A stretch of 63,964 nt of DNA, the filler included, from Octopus bimaculoides (Eukaryota): the NCBI RefSeq assembly GCF_001194135.2. It is 7 parts of 6 records of this genome, joined end to end, with 100 filler letters (N's around TTAATTAATTAA, not from the genome) between each part and the next. Parts side by side here need not be neighbours in the genome. Positions count along the whole stretch, not along the records: positions 27,846 to 54,242 come from NC_068985.1; positions 54,343 to 57,024 come from NC_068981.1; positions 57,125 to 61,349 come from NW_026296989.1; positions 61,450 to 62,657 come from NW_026306396.1; positions 62,758 to 63,964 come from NC_068983.1; 2 more parts are not named here. The stretch is one strand, 5' to 3'. Under the pieces are notes generated by a model. It ran no database searches. It was not told the DNA's origin and was given only the letters and a program-made list of their open reading frames with translations. Position numbers and translations under genes: made by a program. Position 1 is the stretch's first letter. Each line of letters opens with the position of its first letter. Shown piece after piece: positions 50,385 through 62,987 of the stretch.

Positions 50385-51100
50385 ACACACCGTCGGTTGC
50401 TTCGATGAAGGTTCCTGCTGATACGATCAACGGAACAGCTTGCACGTGAAATTAATGTGCAAGTGGTTGAGCACTCCACAGACACGTGTACTCCTAACGA
50501 TGTTCTCAGGGAGATTAAGCGTGACACAGAGTATGACATGGCTGACCTCTTTGAAATACAGGTACAACTTATTTTTGCCAGCCGAGTGGACTGAAGTAAC
50601 GTGAAATAAAGTGTCTGAAATAAAGGACACAACGCTTCACCGGGAATTGAACTCACGACCTTACAATCGTGAGTCGAATGCTCTAGCCAGTAAGCCACGC
50701 GCTTTCAAGTTCATTTCGTAGAGAGTTTCAAAAGAAATCTAAATGGAAATAAGTATGCCGTGAGAAGAGAAAATGATTTTGGTCTCAAATTCTGGCACAA
50801 GGCCAGCAGGTTTGCGGGAGGAACGAAGTCATTACCATTAACCCCAGTACTCGTCTGGTACTTATTTTATCAACCCGAAAAGGATGAAGAGGTAAGATCG
50901 ACCTCGTGTGAAATTTGAACTCAAAAGAATTTTTGCACAAAGTACATCGACCCCAGTTCTCAGCTCGCAGTTACTTTATCAGTCCCAAAACAATGAAAGG
51001 TAAAGTCGACATTGGTGGAATTTGAACACAAACGGTCAAATTCCGAACGAAATGCTGATAAGCATTTCATCCGGAATGCTAACGATTCTGCCATCTACCC
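50385..51100 (-). mobile_element. SINE with family B tail (50385-50705) and two family C copies (50775-50920, 50935-51100)
   Basis: Family cores on the minus strand. Confidence 0.8.
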
Positions 51101-52254
51101 ACCCCACCCCACTAAGAGAAAGAAAATAAGATTAATCATTTATCATTGAATAAGAGTATTTTTATTCTTTCAGCAAGTACTAATGTCATATCTGGATATA
51201 TCTGAACTTAGTAGACCTCCGCGAGCAAAGATCAGACTTCCCCGTGCAAATCCGAGGCAGTAATAATAGAGAAAGAAGAGTCAAAGGTCCTTCCCAAACC
51301 ATAGGCTCATAAGACTGGTTTCCCGGATTCTGTGGCGTATATATTCGCCTTGGATGGGACGCAAGTCCGTCGCAGAATAGAGAGATAGGAGAATAAGTAA
51401 ATACATAAGCAATAATGTACAATCAGAACCGTAGGAAATCGGAATTTAGTATACACAGCATTAATTTGTGTGCTTAAAAAGCTGTACAAATTTATTGCCA
51501 CTTTAAACAGTCTTAGAACATAGCCATTCATTGTATTTTCTCCATGGCAAAATACAGTGTACTGCTTCCTTACGGGCCCGAATCTGCCTCGAACAGGTTT
51601 GAACTGGTAAACAGTTTGTATTTATACACACCACTACTTAGCGTTACCACCGCGTATAGATATGTTAATATTAGTCAAATAGTCATCTTACATTTTCCAA
51701 AGCAGTTATTACGGAGGCGTAAAACATTGTCTATGCACTCACAGTATGTTTTGCTGAAAGACGGTTGCTTTAGAGATTTCACTTTTCATTTCTCATTCTC
51801 ATAAATCATCTAACAATGCGCGATTTAAAAAATTTTCAGGATGTATATTTCCATTGCCATGTCAAACCCAATTCGAATTTATTCTTTCAAGCTTTCCATA
51901 TACATTAACCACTGAACTTTGTCCTGTAAATTTGTGTGTATCTTCAATTTCAGGAAACATAACCAATATCGCCATTTTCAGTAATGACGCCACGCTGTGT
52001 GCATTCACAAAATGAAGACAACGTAGCGTCATAACTTGGAAAGAAAGACTGGGAGGGGGGAAATACCAAAGGTCGCCTGCAGCATTAAGAGTTATTCATA
52101 AAGTGAGTTCCATATTTGCAAGTAAGCCGAGACATACAGATATTATTAACAGTAAATGATTTAATGATGGAAACAATGGCTTTCTAATTGACTAGCTCAG
52201 TTTTAAAAACAAATGCAACGAGTATGAAATTCTAATTAAAGTCAGATATGTAAA

Positions 52255-52560
52255 AACACTTGACCAAGTGGTTAGAGGTGTTCTACACGCGATCGCCAGA
52301 CCGTAAGTTCGATTCCTAAAACGAGCGACGTGTTGGATTCTTGAACAAAACACTTCACGTTACTTTAGTGCTGTGTGGGGATCGGCCTGTCAAAGAATAG
52401 AGCCAACTGCGTGCCGTAAAAGGCGATTAAAAGTGGTTGCAAAGAGTTTGCATCCCAACTTCATAAAGCCGTCACCAGCAACGACAACCCCAATATTCCC
52501 ATGGAATGGAGGGTCGTCGGCTGGTTAACGCAGAGGGCATCGTCTGCCAGGGTTCGTAGG
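52255..52560 (+). mobile_element. tRNA-headed SINE with a distinct tail
   Basis: Head TGACCAAGTGGTTAGAG...AAGTTCGATTCC...TTGAACAAAACACTTCAC, then a GC-richer tail unlike families A-C. Confidence 0.55.
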
Positions 52561-53424
52561 GTATCACCAACAAATGGTGGATGCAGCGACGCGCTGTTAG
52601 AGCATATGTCTCCATACTACAACTACTACTAAAGCCAAATATTTAAAAAGAACTGTACACATATGTATAAATATGCTAAACTTATATGGATATGTATGTT
52701 TACATTTAGAAACCGATATCAAAGTTGATTTTAGAAGACTAGGCTGTATAATACATACAAAGATACACAAACATACAGCAAATAAGCGTATACCTAACAC
52801 GCACAAAATGAAATATATATATGTTGGTGCGAACGGTGAGCTCGCAGAATCATTAACACGCCGGGGAAAATGCTTAGTGGCATTCAACGTAATCGACTAA
52901 TCCCATCTCCTGAAATTACTGGCTTTGTGCCAAAATCTGAAACCATTGCTGCAATATGGACCTTAAATCTTAAACTGAAACTCGTTGTTTCGTCAAAGCA
53001 TAACGTATATGCTAATTAGACCCATGACCCATTATTCTCCTTCACCTTTCGATGCTCACCCAGAAACAATAAATTCAGCTCTAAGAATCAATACATCAAG
53101 GGTATGTAATATGGCCTGCATCACAATGTCTGAGGTGCAACGGCATAACCGAATATATATNNNNNNNNNNNNNNNNNNNNNNNNNNNNNNNNNNNNNNNN
53201 NNNNNNNNNNNNNNNNNNNNNNNNNNNNNNNNNNNNNNNNNNNNNNNNNNNNNNNNNNNNNNNNNNNNNNNNNNNNNNNNNNNNNNNNNNNNNNNNNNNN
53301 NNNNNNNNNNNNNNNNNNNNNNNNNNNNNNNNNNNNNNNNNNNNNNNNNNNNNNNNNNNNNNNNNNNNNNNNNNNNNNNNNNNNNNNNNNNNTGTGTGTG
53401 TGTGTGTGTGTATCTTTGATTTTT

Positions 53425-53735
53425 TACTTGTTCGAGTCATTAGTGTGCAGCCACGCTGGGGCACTGCTTTCAGGATTTTTAATCGAACGAACCGGTCCCA
53501 GTACTTATCGTTTTTCTTTAGACCCTGGTTGTTCTATCGCTCACTTTTACCGAACCGCCACTTTACAGGAACATAAACAAGCCACAGCAATTCTCAAGCG
53601 GGGGGGGGGGGCGCAATCACAGATCAAGAAAGACACGTACGAGGCTTTGGTCGGCCAAGATGTCGCGCTGTGGGAATGAACTCGGAACCATGTGGTTGAG
53701 AAGGAAAATTCTTACAACACAGCCACGCCTGCACC
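53425..53735 (-). mobile_element. Degraded SINE family A
   Basis: Tail and head motifs recognisable. Confidence 0.7.
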
Positions 53736-55696
53736 TATATACATATATACATCCATATGCGAGCGTGTGTCTGCGTGTGTGCGTGTGTGTGTGCGCGCGG
53801 GTATATGTGCATGTGTGTGAAATATTTAAGTAGACAGATATATAAGTGCATATGCATATATATCGAGATACACACACACACACTCACACACAAACACACT
53901 CACACACTCACCCACGCACGCACGCAGCTATGACGTGTATAAAGAAACTTAAGACGTGAGTAAATGAAGAACTAAAAAAAGATGAGAGACAAGCAAAGGG
54001 TTGTCCTAAATCAGATTTGCTTAGTTTCTATATTTTTGCAAGAAGATACAAAATTCCTGTCGAAACAAATTTAAAATTTCCTATTTCTGAAATTAATATT
54101 TATAAATAGAAAAGTGTTTTCTATCTTATTTCACTTCTTCGTTTCTGATGTTCTGGCTTATCGCTAACACATCAACAATTTGGATTTTCATATGAATACG
54201 TATCTATCTATCTATCTATCTATCTATATATATATATATATANNNNNNNNNNNNNNNNNNNNNNNNNNNNNNNNNNNNNNNNNNNNTTAATTAATTAANN
54301 NNNNNNNNNNNNNNNNNNNNNNNNNNNNNNNNNNNNNNNNNNTTTCTCGCTAAATACAACGTGGTATCGCTCCCGCATCCACCATATTCACCAGACTGTG
54401 TAGCGATTAGAATGAACTAGGGTTGGATTTGAACTCAGTAATTTAATACATTAAAAAATTACAAGTTAATTTGTCTGATCATTTACTTATTCTCCCTCAT
54501 CCCAGCCACAAATTAAAATTGAGAACAGCTCAAAGATATTAACAGTTTATGATGCTAAGCTCCAGGTCACCTCATATCGAATGGACCTCTGATCCAAAGC
54601 ATTCCAGGTATAACCACTCTGTTATTTTAAAAAAGATGCGGTGTAACATCTGTGCTGCTATACCGAACTCATTAAATGATGTTTTTTAGTGTTTTTGTTG
54701 TTGACTCAACTCTTCATGAACCGTATTAATGAATGACAGAAGGTGTATTCTTTGCATATTTAACAGAAGAGTGGAATATAAAACAGTTTTATCTGCAAAG
54801 GAATTTTCGGTTCTAAGCGGCTGAGAGGACATTGTTATTAGAGTTAGAAGAGCTTAGAAGAGATTATTTAATCCGTGTAAAGTACATTACTCGATAATTG
54901 AAGACCCATTAAAGAACCAGTCGCTTCTTATGCAGCAGAAAAACGTCCTGTTAAGAATCTCCCAATCAAATTTGAAGATGAAGTTGATAAATGAGCATTA
55001 ATTTACTGGAAGATTCTCAATCAGTTATAGTTTAAAATCGAACCCACAATATGTCTCATATCAAAGTTGTCAAGACATGTAACTATAAATGTGTCATGTA
55101 AGAAATATGATAAATATGACTATTACAAATCACTGAGTAACGGGAAAAGACACAAGGTGATAAAAAAGGGAACCTTTAATAATAGGCTAGAAATGCTTGA
55201 GATAAGAGCAATAATCGGGATATTCGTAAGTTAGAAAGGTTACTTCTTTACGCTTTAATTATGCAGTAATCAGTTTCTATACACATTCATTAAGAGGTGA
55301 GGAATATCAACATAGGTGAGTTTAACACCAGCTTCTGAGCACACATTTCTAACGTTGGTGGATGGAATATCGATCGGTTACGCTATCCTGATGTATTGTG
55401 AGGAATAAAAGATTTAACACATAATAACTATGTGCATGGCAGGATGAGAGAATGCTGTAGTAAAGAAAATTTTAGAAAGAGATTAGTTGTGTACGCAAAA
55501 ACAAAACTGGAAGGCAAATGATTAACAGTTCTGCTTGTCGGCCTGCAGTTACAAATCAGTCTGAATTGAGGTGTACTGAGTGAGAGAAAATATTACTAAG
55601 TCAGTCAAAAGTTAATAGCGGCCTGAAATTAACATAAGTTATTACCTCTCCAAAAGATTTAACACATGAAACATATTTTTCCTTGTCTTCCTATAG

Positions 55697-55870
55697 CTGA
55701 ATGTCCAACGTCAGCCGGCTACACTTATTCACCAGAATTTAGATTATGTTTTCAAATAAGTTCAGAAAAAGCATCATGGAATCACGCGGCAGACATTTGC
55801 AATGAGGACCGAGGACAACTTATTCACATGAAAAATATAGAAATAATGTACTATATACAAGACAAATTGA
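55697..55870 (+). CDS. C-type lectin domain exon, N-terminal half (xECPTSAGYTYSPEFRLCFQISSEKASWNHAADICNEDRGQLIHMKNIEIMYYIQDKL)
   Basis: Acceptor ttttccttgtcttcctatag| and donor TGA|gtgagt; 174 nt, phase 1-1. CP..GY......CF......SW..A...C....G.L is the CTLD signature. Confidence 0.85.
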
Positions 55871-55958
55871 GTGAGTAACAGTTTGCTATTTTATACACAC
55901 ACTCCCACACACATAACACGCTCTCACGCTCTCTCTCCCTCTCTCTCTCAAACATACA

Positions 55959-55998
<40 letters not shown>

Positions 55999-56013
55999 NN
56001 NNNNNNNNATACA

Positions 56014-56050
<37 letters not shown>

Positions 56051-56882
56051 ACACACGCTCGCACGCGCGCACACAAGCGCAAATGCACTCAAGATATATC
56101 AAATTTCATAAACTATAACTGTTCAATGAAATTCTTGATTTAAATTTTCTGCCATTTTGCAAATTACATTCCGTTTTTCTTGCAATTTTTCTTTTATTTG
56201 TACTTTCTATTCTGATTATTTTTTTGCAAATAGAAAATACATCAATTTTTGATAAAATATCGAATGTAGTCACTTATTTCGAACATATTTTAAAAAGAAT
56301 TATATTATATTATCATTTATTTTCAATGCGTTACAAAAGAAAATTTGTTGCCCGTTGAAAATTATTCAAGTAACGATTAATATTAGTGACGTTCTGCACA
56401 TTATACTTAACAATTCGAATGAATATTGAAACAAAGGAAATATTTTGTGATATATTACAGCTTTACATTGTTTGAGATTTTACGGAATATAATTTCTGTT
56501 TAATCAATGTTTAAGAATTATGGAATATCTTTTAGGACATGCCCTCTTCAATATTAAAAGCTGATGGCCGTATCATTTCGAATTGGGACTTTGCTTTACC
56601 TTGTAACAAACATAGTATTGACAATGTGAATATACTATCAGCAAAATAAATTCATTTATAAATTTTGATTTTGGTTTCAATCAACATGTTAATGATTATA
56701 ATGGAACGGCAGAGTCGATTAAATTGATAATCGAATTCATGAGTCACTATATCAAACTCCAATAATAACTTAGGTTTAGTGTGTTCAGTTTTGAGTATAT
56801 ATATTAACAGACGAAATAAATAATTTACCTGCTATATTGGTCAGCTCAACGCCCTCCATTAGCATATCATTTATTCTTCATT

Positions 56883-56954
<72 letters not shown>

Positions 56955-57404
56955 AAGGTAAGAAAAGCGTGTTAGATTCTTCAGAGATAATAAAATGTTC
57001 AAAAATAACCCCAAAAATTTCTACNNNNNNNNNNNNNNNNNNNNNNNNNNNNNNNNNNNNNNNNNNNNTTAATTAATTAANNNNNNNNNNNNNNNNNNNN
57101 NNNNNNNNNNNNNNNNNNNNNNNNGCGAGTTTCTTAACCACACAAAAACGCCTTCGCCTCTATACAGCCATGCTATCTTTTATTTATCATGTTTCTGGTA
57201 GAGTTCTCTGTGCATATATCCATGACTTTTAATGAAAAATTAAGAAATAAACACTAATTCTCGAAAACCAAATATTTTTTAAAATTTCTAATCTCGTATT
57301 ACCAGGAATTACGACTTCCGGGAAATTGTGTACGCTTGTTTACTGCTAGACACGATCTTCTTGCACTTTATATAAGTGCACGTTATTTTGTATAAACATC
57401 CACA

Positions 57405-58045
57405 CGGTCGTGTGGTAAGAAGCTTGCTTCCCAACCACATGGTTACGGGTTCAGTCCCACTGCGCAGCACTTTGGGCTAATGTTTCACACTATAGCCTCG
57501 GGTCGACCAAAGCCTTGTGAATGGATTTAGTAGACGGAAACTGAAAGATGCACGTCATAGATATATACATATATATATATTTACGTGTGTGTTTTTGTGT
57601 CTTTTTGTCCTCTAAACATCGTTTAACAACCGGTGTGCTCATGTCCCTGTAACTTGGTGGTTCGGCAAAAGAGACCAATAGAATAAGCACTAGGCTTACA
57701 AAGATTAAGTCCTGGGGTTGATTTCTTCGACTAAAAATCCTTTAATGGGGTGCTCCAACATGGTCGCAGTCAAACGACTGAAACAAGTTGAAGAACATAA
57801 CAGAAAACATGTAGTAAGCAGGTTTAAGGATAATTAGACGCTTATAAAGAAACATTTATGTACATCTATTACGCAAGTGGTACAAGTGCAAGCTTGCCTA
57901 TGTGGTTACGAAGTTCACGTTTCAACTACGTGGTTTCACGTTCAGTCCCACTGCACGGTACCTTGGGCAAGTGTCTTCTACAATAGCCCCAGACTAAACA
58001 ATGCATTATGAGTGAATTTGGTTGTGTGGAAGCTTGTCGTATGTA
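57405..58045 (+). mobile_element. Complete SINE family A (57405-57800) and a further head (57895-58045)
   Basis: Family motifs. Confidence 0.85.
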
Positions 58046-58057
58046 TGTGTGCGTGCA

Positions 58058-58118
<61 letters not shown>

Positions 58119-58170
58119 ACAGCTAAGGCTGCCTGTTAAAAAGTTCACTTTGTATATATATATATATATA

Positions 58171-58988
58171 TAAGGTCTGATGAATAAGTATCCGGACTGT
58201 TGCCATAGTAACGAAGCTAAAGCATGCAGAGTAACGCTGCTTGGCAAAGATTGACCTTGAAGTCTGCTGTACATGCTTATTAAGTTTTAAAGTCTTCGCT
58301 CACTTTCGCGATTTACAGTAGTGCTTGGAAGGAAGGTGTGTAGCGTGTGCTCGTCGCATTACCCAGACGTTTCCAAGATAGCAGAAAAAATGTCGATATT
58401 GACGAACGTTCTAGGAAACCCGCAATCAGCAGGACTGAGAAGAACATCGTAGATGTGCGTGCAGCTGTGAGGGGAAATCATCGAATTGCGGGTTTCCTAG
58501 AACGTTCGTCAATATCGACATTTTTTCTGCTCTGAGAATATGCAGATTAGTTACGGTTCAGTTCAGTCCATTATCAATGAAGATTTGGGTATGAGAGGCG
58601 TGTCTGCTTAGTTTGTGCCAAAACTGTTTTCAGCTAACCAAAAAGACACTTGGGTTTCTGTTGCACAAGATCTTGATTGTGCCGAGAACGATAAAAACTT
58701 TTTGAAAACTTTGCGTAGGCCTCTGAGCAGGTATCGCCAAGCTTTTGGCAAAATTTGATGCAGATTCTCTGCTCAACTTTCTCTGTCATGGTCAATGCTG
58801 TCACGATCACATGCTACACACTTTCCTTCCAAGCACTGCTGTAAACAGCGGAAGTGAGCTAGAATGTTAAAACTTAGTGCACATACGCAGCAGAGTTCAA
58901 GGTCAATCTGTACCAAGCAGCATCACTCTGCATGCTTTAGCTTTGTTACTATGGCAACATTCTGGATACTTATTGATCAGAGCACATA
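58171..58988 (+). mobile_element. Non-autonomous mariner element with long (~190 bp) imperfect TIRs and a transposase remnant
   Basis: Left AGGTCTGATGAATAAGTATCCGGACTGTTGCCATAGTAACGAAGCTAAAGCATGCAGAG... versus right ...CTCTGCATGCTTTAGCTTTGTTACTATGGCAACATTCTGGATACTTATTGATCAGAGC. Interior IDERSRKPAISRTEKNIVDVRAAVRGNHRI and QISYGSVQSIINEDLGMRGVSA*FVPKL. Confidence 0.9.
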
Positions 58989-59831
58989 TATGTATATATG
59001 GTAAGTTATAGATAATGGTCATTACATATTTTTCCTTTATTTGAACAAATTTGGCTTACAGCTGTTTCCAGTAGTCATTATAGGTACGTTACTGATCGGT
59101 TTACTCAATCGGTTTATTGATCAATTGAAAAAGATTTAATCATCTGAGAAAAAATTGAACGACCTAAATTTATATATATACGCGATGGGCTTTCCACGCT
59201 GTTTCCGTCTACCAAATCCACTCACAAGGCTTAATTTAATCGGTTCAGAAGCTCCAGTGGGCGACACTTGTCCACGGTGCCACACAGAGGGACTGAACTC
59301 GGAATCAATTGATTAAGAAGCAAACTTCTCATCACACAAGTCATAGGAGAGAACATCTTTGAATGATATTTTCTTTGTTATACACTTTTTACCCTGAGAG
59401 TTGTTATTCGTTGCTTTTCACTGCAGTAAACAATCTTAGCGATGGAATGATATCAAAAATATAATCTGTCTATAATACTATTTCCGCTTGCATAAAACTA
59501 CGTTGAGAAATCGCTAACACTTTTTAATATGTTATTTTACATCCTTATTTTCATAACAGAGAAAAGTTCATATGCTTTGACTGCAATCCACAGTCCCAGC
59601 GAACAAAGTATGGTTGCTGTCTCACAGAGCAGCTGATTCTTAGAACAACAAATATCTGTAATAAAGGCGCAGAGATGGCTGTCTGTTAAAAAGTTCGCTT
59701 TGTAAACATGTGGTTCCCACTGTGTGGCACCTTGGGTGATTGTCTTCTACAATAGCCTTGTGTTGATTAAATGCTTTCAGTGAAATCTGGCGACGAGAAA
59801 CTGTATGAAAGTCCATCATATCTATGTATGA

Positions 59832-59899
<68 letters not shown>

Positions 59900-60495
59900 N
59901 NNNNNNNNNNNNNNNNNNNNNNNNNNNNNNNNNNNNNNNNNNNNNNNNNNNNNNNNNNNNNNNNNNNNNNNNNNNNNNNNNNNNNNNNNNNNNNNNNNNN
60001 NNNNNNNNNNNNNNNNNNNNNNNNNNNNNNNNNNNNNNNNNNNNNNNNNNNNNNNNNNNNNNNNNNNNNNNNNNNNNNNNNNNNNNNNNNNNNNNNNNNN
60101 NNNNNNNNNNNNNNNNNNNNNNNNNNNNNNNNNNNNNNNNNNNNNNNNNNNNNNNNNNNNNNNNNNNNNNNNNNNNNNNNNNNNNNNNNNNNNNNNNNNN
60201 NNNNNNNNNNNNNNNNNNNNNNNNNNNNNNNNNNNNNNNNNNNNNNNNNNNNNNNNNNNNNNNNNNNNNNNNNNNNNNNNNNNNNNNNNNNNNNNNNNNN
60301 NNNNNNNNNNNNNNNNNNNNNNNNNNNNNNNNNNNNNNNNNNNNNNNNNNNNNNNNNNNNNNNNNNNNNNNNNNNNNNNNNNNNNNNNNNNNNNNNNNNN
60401 NNNNNNNNNNNNNNNNNNNNNNNNNNNNNNNNNNNNNNNNNNNNNNNNNNNNNNNNNNNNNNNNNNNNNNNNNNNNNNNNNNNNNNNNNNNNNNN

Positions 60496-60568
<73 letters not shown>

Positions 60569-60599
60569 TGTCGGTAGAATATAAATCCGAAAAAAAGCA

Positions 60600-61308
60600 C
60601 ACTCTAAGTCGTAGAGCAGTATATGATATAAAACTTAGAATAAGCTGGTTTATGGGTTTAACTTTGGTTTCGCGTTCATAGAACGCTTAGCTTTACAACG
60701 TATCATGAGATACCAAAACCTATTGGCTTAAGGCCTCTTTAGTGAGTAGCCTCTCTAGAATATGGAAGAAGATATGACCTCGCTACTCTATGTCAACAAC
60801 AGGGCGTTGTCTCTTTTTGGCTATCGATCACCAGTGACCCTGTTATCCTGTGGGTTCTAATAGGCCAGCAGGAATTTCTTGAAATGCAAGCACGGTCCGA
60901 AGGCCTCCGTTCAGGAGTTAAGGATGTTCCCCGGATCGAGGGAGTCCTTTAGAATCCTAGCCCGTTCCACTATGCATAGTTTACAGTACTTGGTCCCGTT
61001 TATGTAGGGTCCTGGATTTTCTTGGATTCTCCATGATATTGTGTTGGGAATATTTCAACTGCCATACATAGGTGGCTAATGACGTAACGTATCTCCTTTC
61101 CGGTATCGTGAAGGAGGATCTGTGATTGGAGAGGCTTTGTTTGAACGTGTTCTCGGAGCAGCCGATGTATCTCTGTGTCCGGGTGTTGGCGGTGCTATAT
61201 CTGTTGGTGTTGGCGTTGGTGCTGTCGGTGTCGTTGGAGGTGGTGCCATTACCACTGGTGTTGGTAATGCTGCTGTTGTTGTTATTGTCATCGTCGTTGA
61301 AGGGTTTA
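60600..61308 (-). mobile_element. Penelope-like element 3' part: GIY-YIG endonuclease C-terminus plus 3' region
   Basis: RYIGCSENTFKQSLSNHRSSF...TSLATYVWQLK / (frameshift) ISWRIQENPGPYINGTKYCKLCIVERARIL...ILNS*TEAFGPCLHFKKFLLAY* with the stop at 60857-59; matches the PLE endonuclease (YIG.T...FK.R..NH..SF; C.LC..E..I; C.H). Confidence 0.85.
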
Positions 61309-61984
61309 TATATATATATATAAAGATATATATATATATATATATATATNNNNNNNNNNNNNNNNNNNNNNNNNNNNNNNNNNNNNNNNNNNNTTAATTA
61401 ATTAANNNNNNNNNNNNNNNNNNNNNNNNNNNNNNNNNNNNNNNNNNNNTATAGCTAGCTCCCAATCAAAGTTGGAAATAACTAAAAAAATTATAGGGAA
61501 TAAAATAAAAAAATTGAAAACTATTTACATCCGCAGTTATCAAATAAGTTTGAGAAAAGAGAAGTTTTTGTTCGATATATGTAGTCCTGGTTGCGTGGGA
61601 ATCATTGCTTAAGCTGTACACAATTGGAAGAATGAACCAAAATATAAAAGAATATGGGCTGATTTCCATCTTCCTTCAGTGACAGTTGAATGACACTGTT
61701 AGCACACTGATGCTGACGTGGCTTAAAGTAAATGTAGGGAACATCCGGTATACATTGAACACGAATTTTCTCTCTTCCGGATTGATTACACATTATGTGT
61801 CTGTATGTGCGCGTGCGAGTGTATTTGTAGGTATGTATGTATGCATGCATGTTTATGAGTTCTTCCAGTAAAACAATAATGTTTAAGACGGAAATGAAGA
61901 AACTCGTGTTCAGAGTTCCAGATGTTAACCAAATGCCACGTCAGAAACAACATGGTTCCAGTGTTCATCAGCTTTCTGATGATG

Positions 61985-62190
61985 GACAACAATACGTGCA
62001 TACATGTATGCATGCATGCATACATACATACATACAGACAGACAGACAGGCATACATACATTTATACATACATACATAAATGCATTTATACATACATACA
62101 TTTATACACACATACATACATGCATACATACATACAGACATACATACATTTATGCATACATACATACATACATACAAGTATGTATGTTTC
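61985..62190. repeat. (TACA/GACA)n tract
   Basis: Directly visible. Confidence 0.9.
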
Positions 62191-62757
62191 CGCCCTCCAA
62201 CTGATTGACTCTTCATAAATAATTGACACGTACCCATATACCCTAAATTCTTAAATTCATTAATTTATAAGTTTATACCCATGTATTATAATAGGGCATT
62301 AAGTATGCAAATTTCGCTATTTAAGATAGGAATTTATTTACTTCATAGTTTTATTTATTCAACTCAACTATTCCTTTTTGTACTTGTTTGTACCGATCAG
62401 TATTTCATTCGGTGTGTAGACCAGGTTTTTTCCCTTCCCTGTTTGCTTCGCTTTCTATTTTCTTACTATTTTCTTTAATTTTCTCTCTCTGGTTTTTGTT
62501 TTTCTCTATGTATTAAATAATATATGTAATTCTTGCCAAATATGATGAGTGCTACTTTCTTTCCTTTGTCCATTCACTCATATATACATATATATATATA
62601 CACACATACATACTTCGTTGCACATATGCACATTACATATAACTACGTGCATATATANNNNNNNNNNNNNNNNNNNNNNNNNNNNNNNNNNNNNNNNNNN
62701 NTTAATTAATTAANNNNNNNNNNNNNNNNNNNNNNNNNNNNNNNNNNNNNNNNNNNN

Positions 62758-62816
<59 letters not shown>

Positions 62817-62828
62817 AGTATGTATGTA

Positions 62829-62910
62829 TAGTTTAGGACAATCAGTAAGTTGTCATAATGTTCTGAAACTCTGAGTCCTATTATGACAACTTACTGATTG
62901 TCCTAAACTA
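62829..62910. repeat. Perfect 31-bp inverted repeat with a 20-nt spacer
   Basis: TAGTTTAGGACAATCAGTAAGTTGTCATAAT (62829-59) and ATTATGACAACTTACTGATTGTCCTAAACTA (62880-910). Confidence 0.95.
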
Positions 62911-62987
62911 CACATATATAAATTCCTTTATTTACCTAATATCAGACGACCAGAGGTGTCGAAGATGTAACATTGCTCCACATACCG

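Noticed and set aside
51880-52030. LSIYINH / IFSNDATL as reverse-transcriptase motif remnants
   Set aside because: Too short and too degenerate to support a call.
1025-60681. Long ORFs in the supplied track, such as 1025-2077, 22601-23563, 32244-33254 and 59640-60602
   Set aside because: They run through N-gaps or dinucleotide/tetranucleotide repeats that lack stop codons; no protein-like content.
20898-62713. Recurrent palindromic TTAATTAATTAA
   Set aside because: Centred in 100-nt N blocks, so an artificial six-frame-stop gap linker rather than a biological motif.
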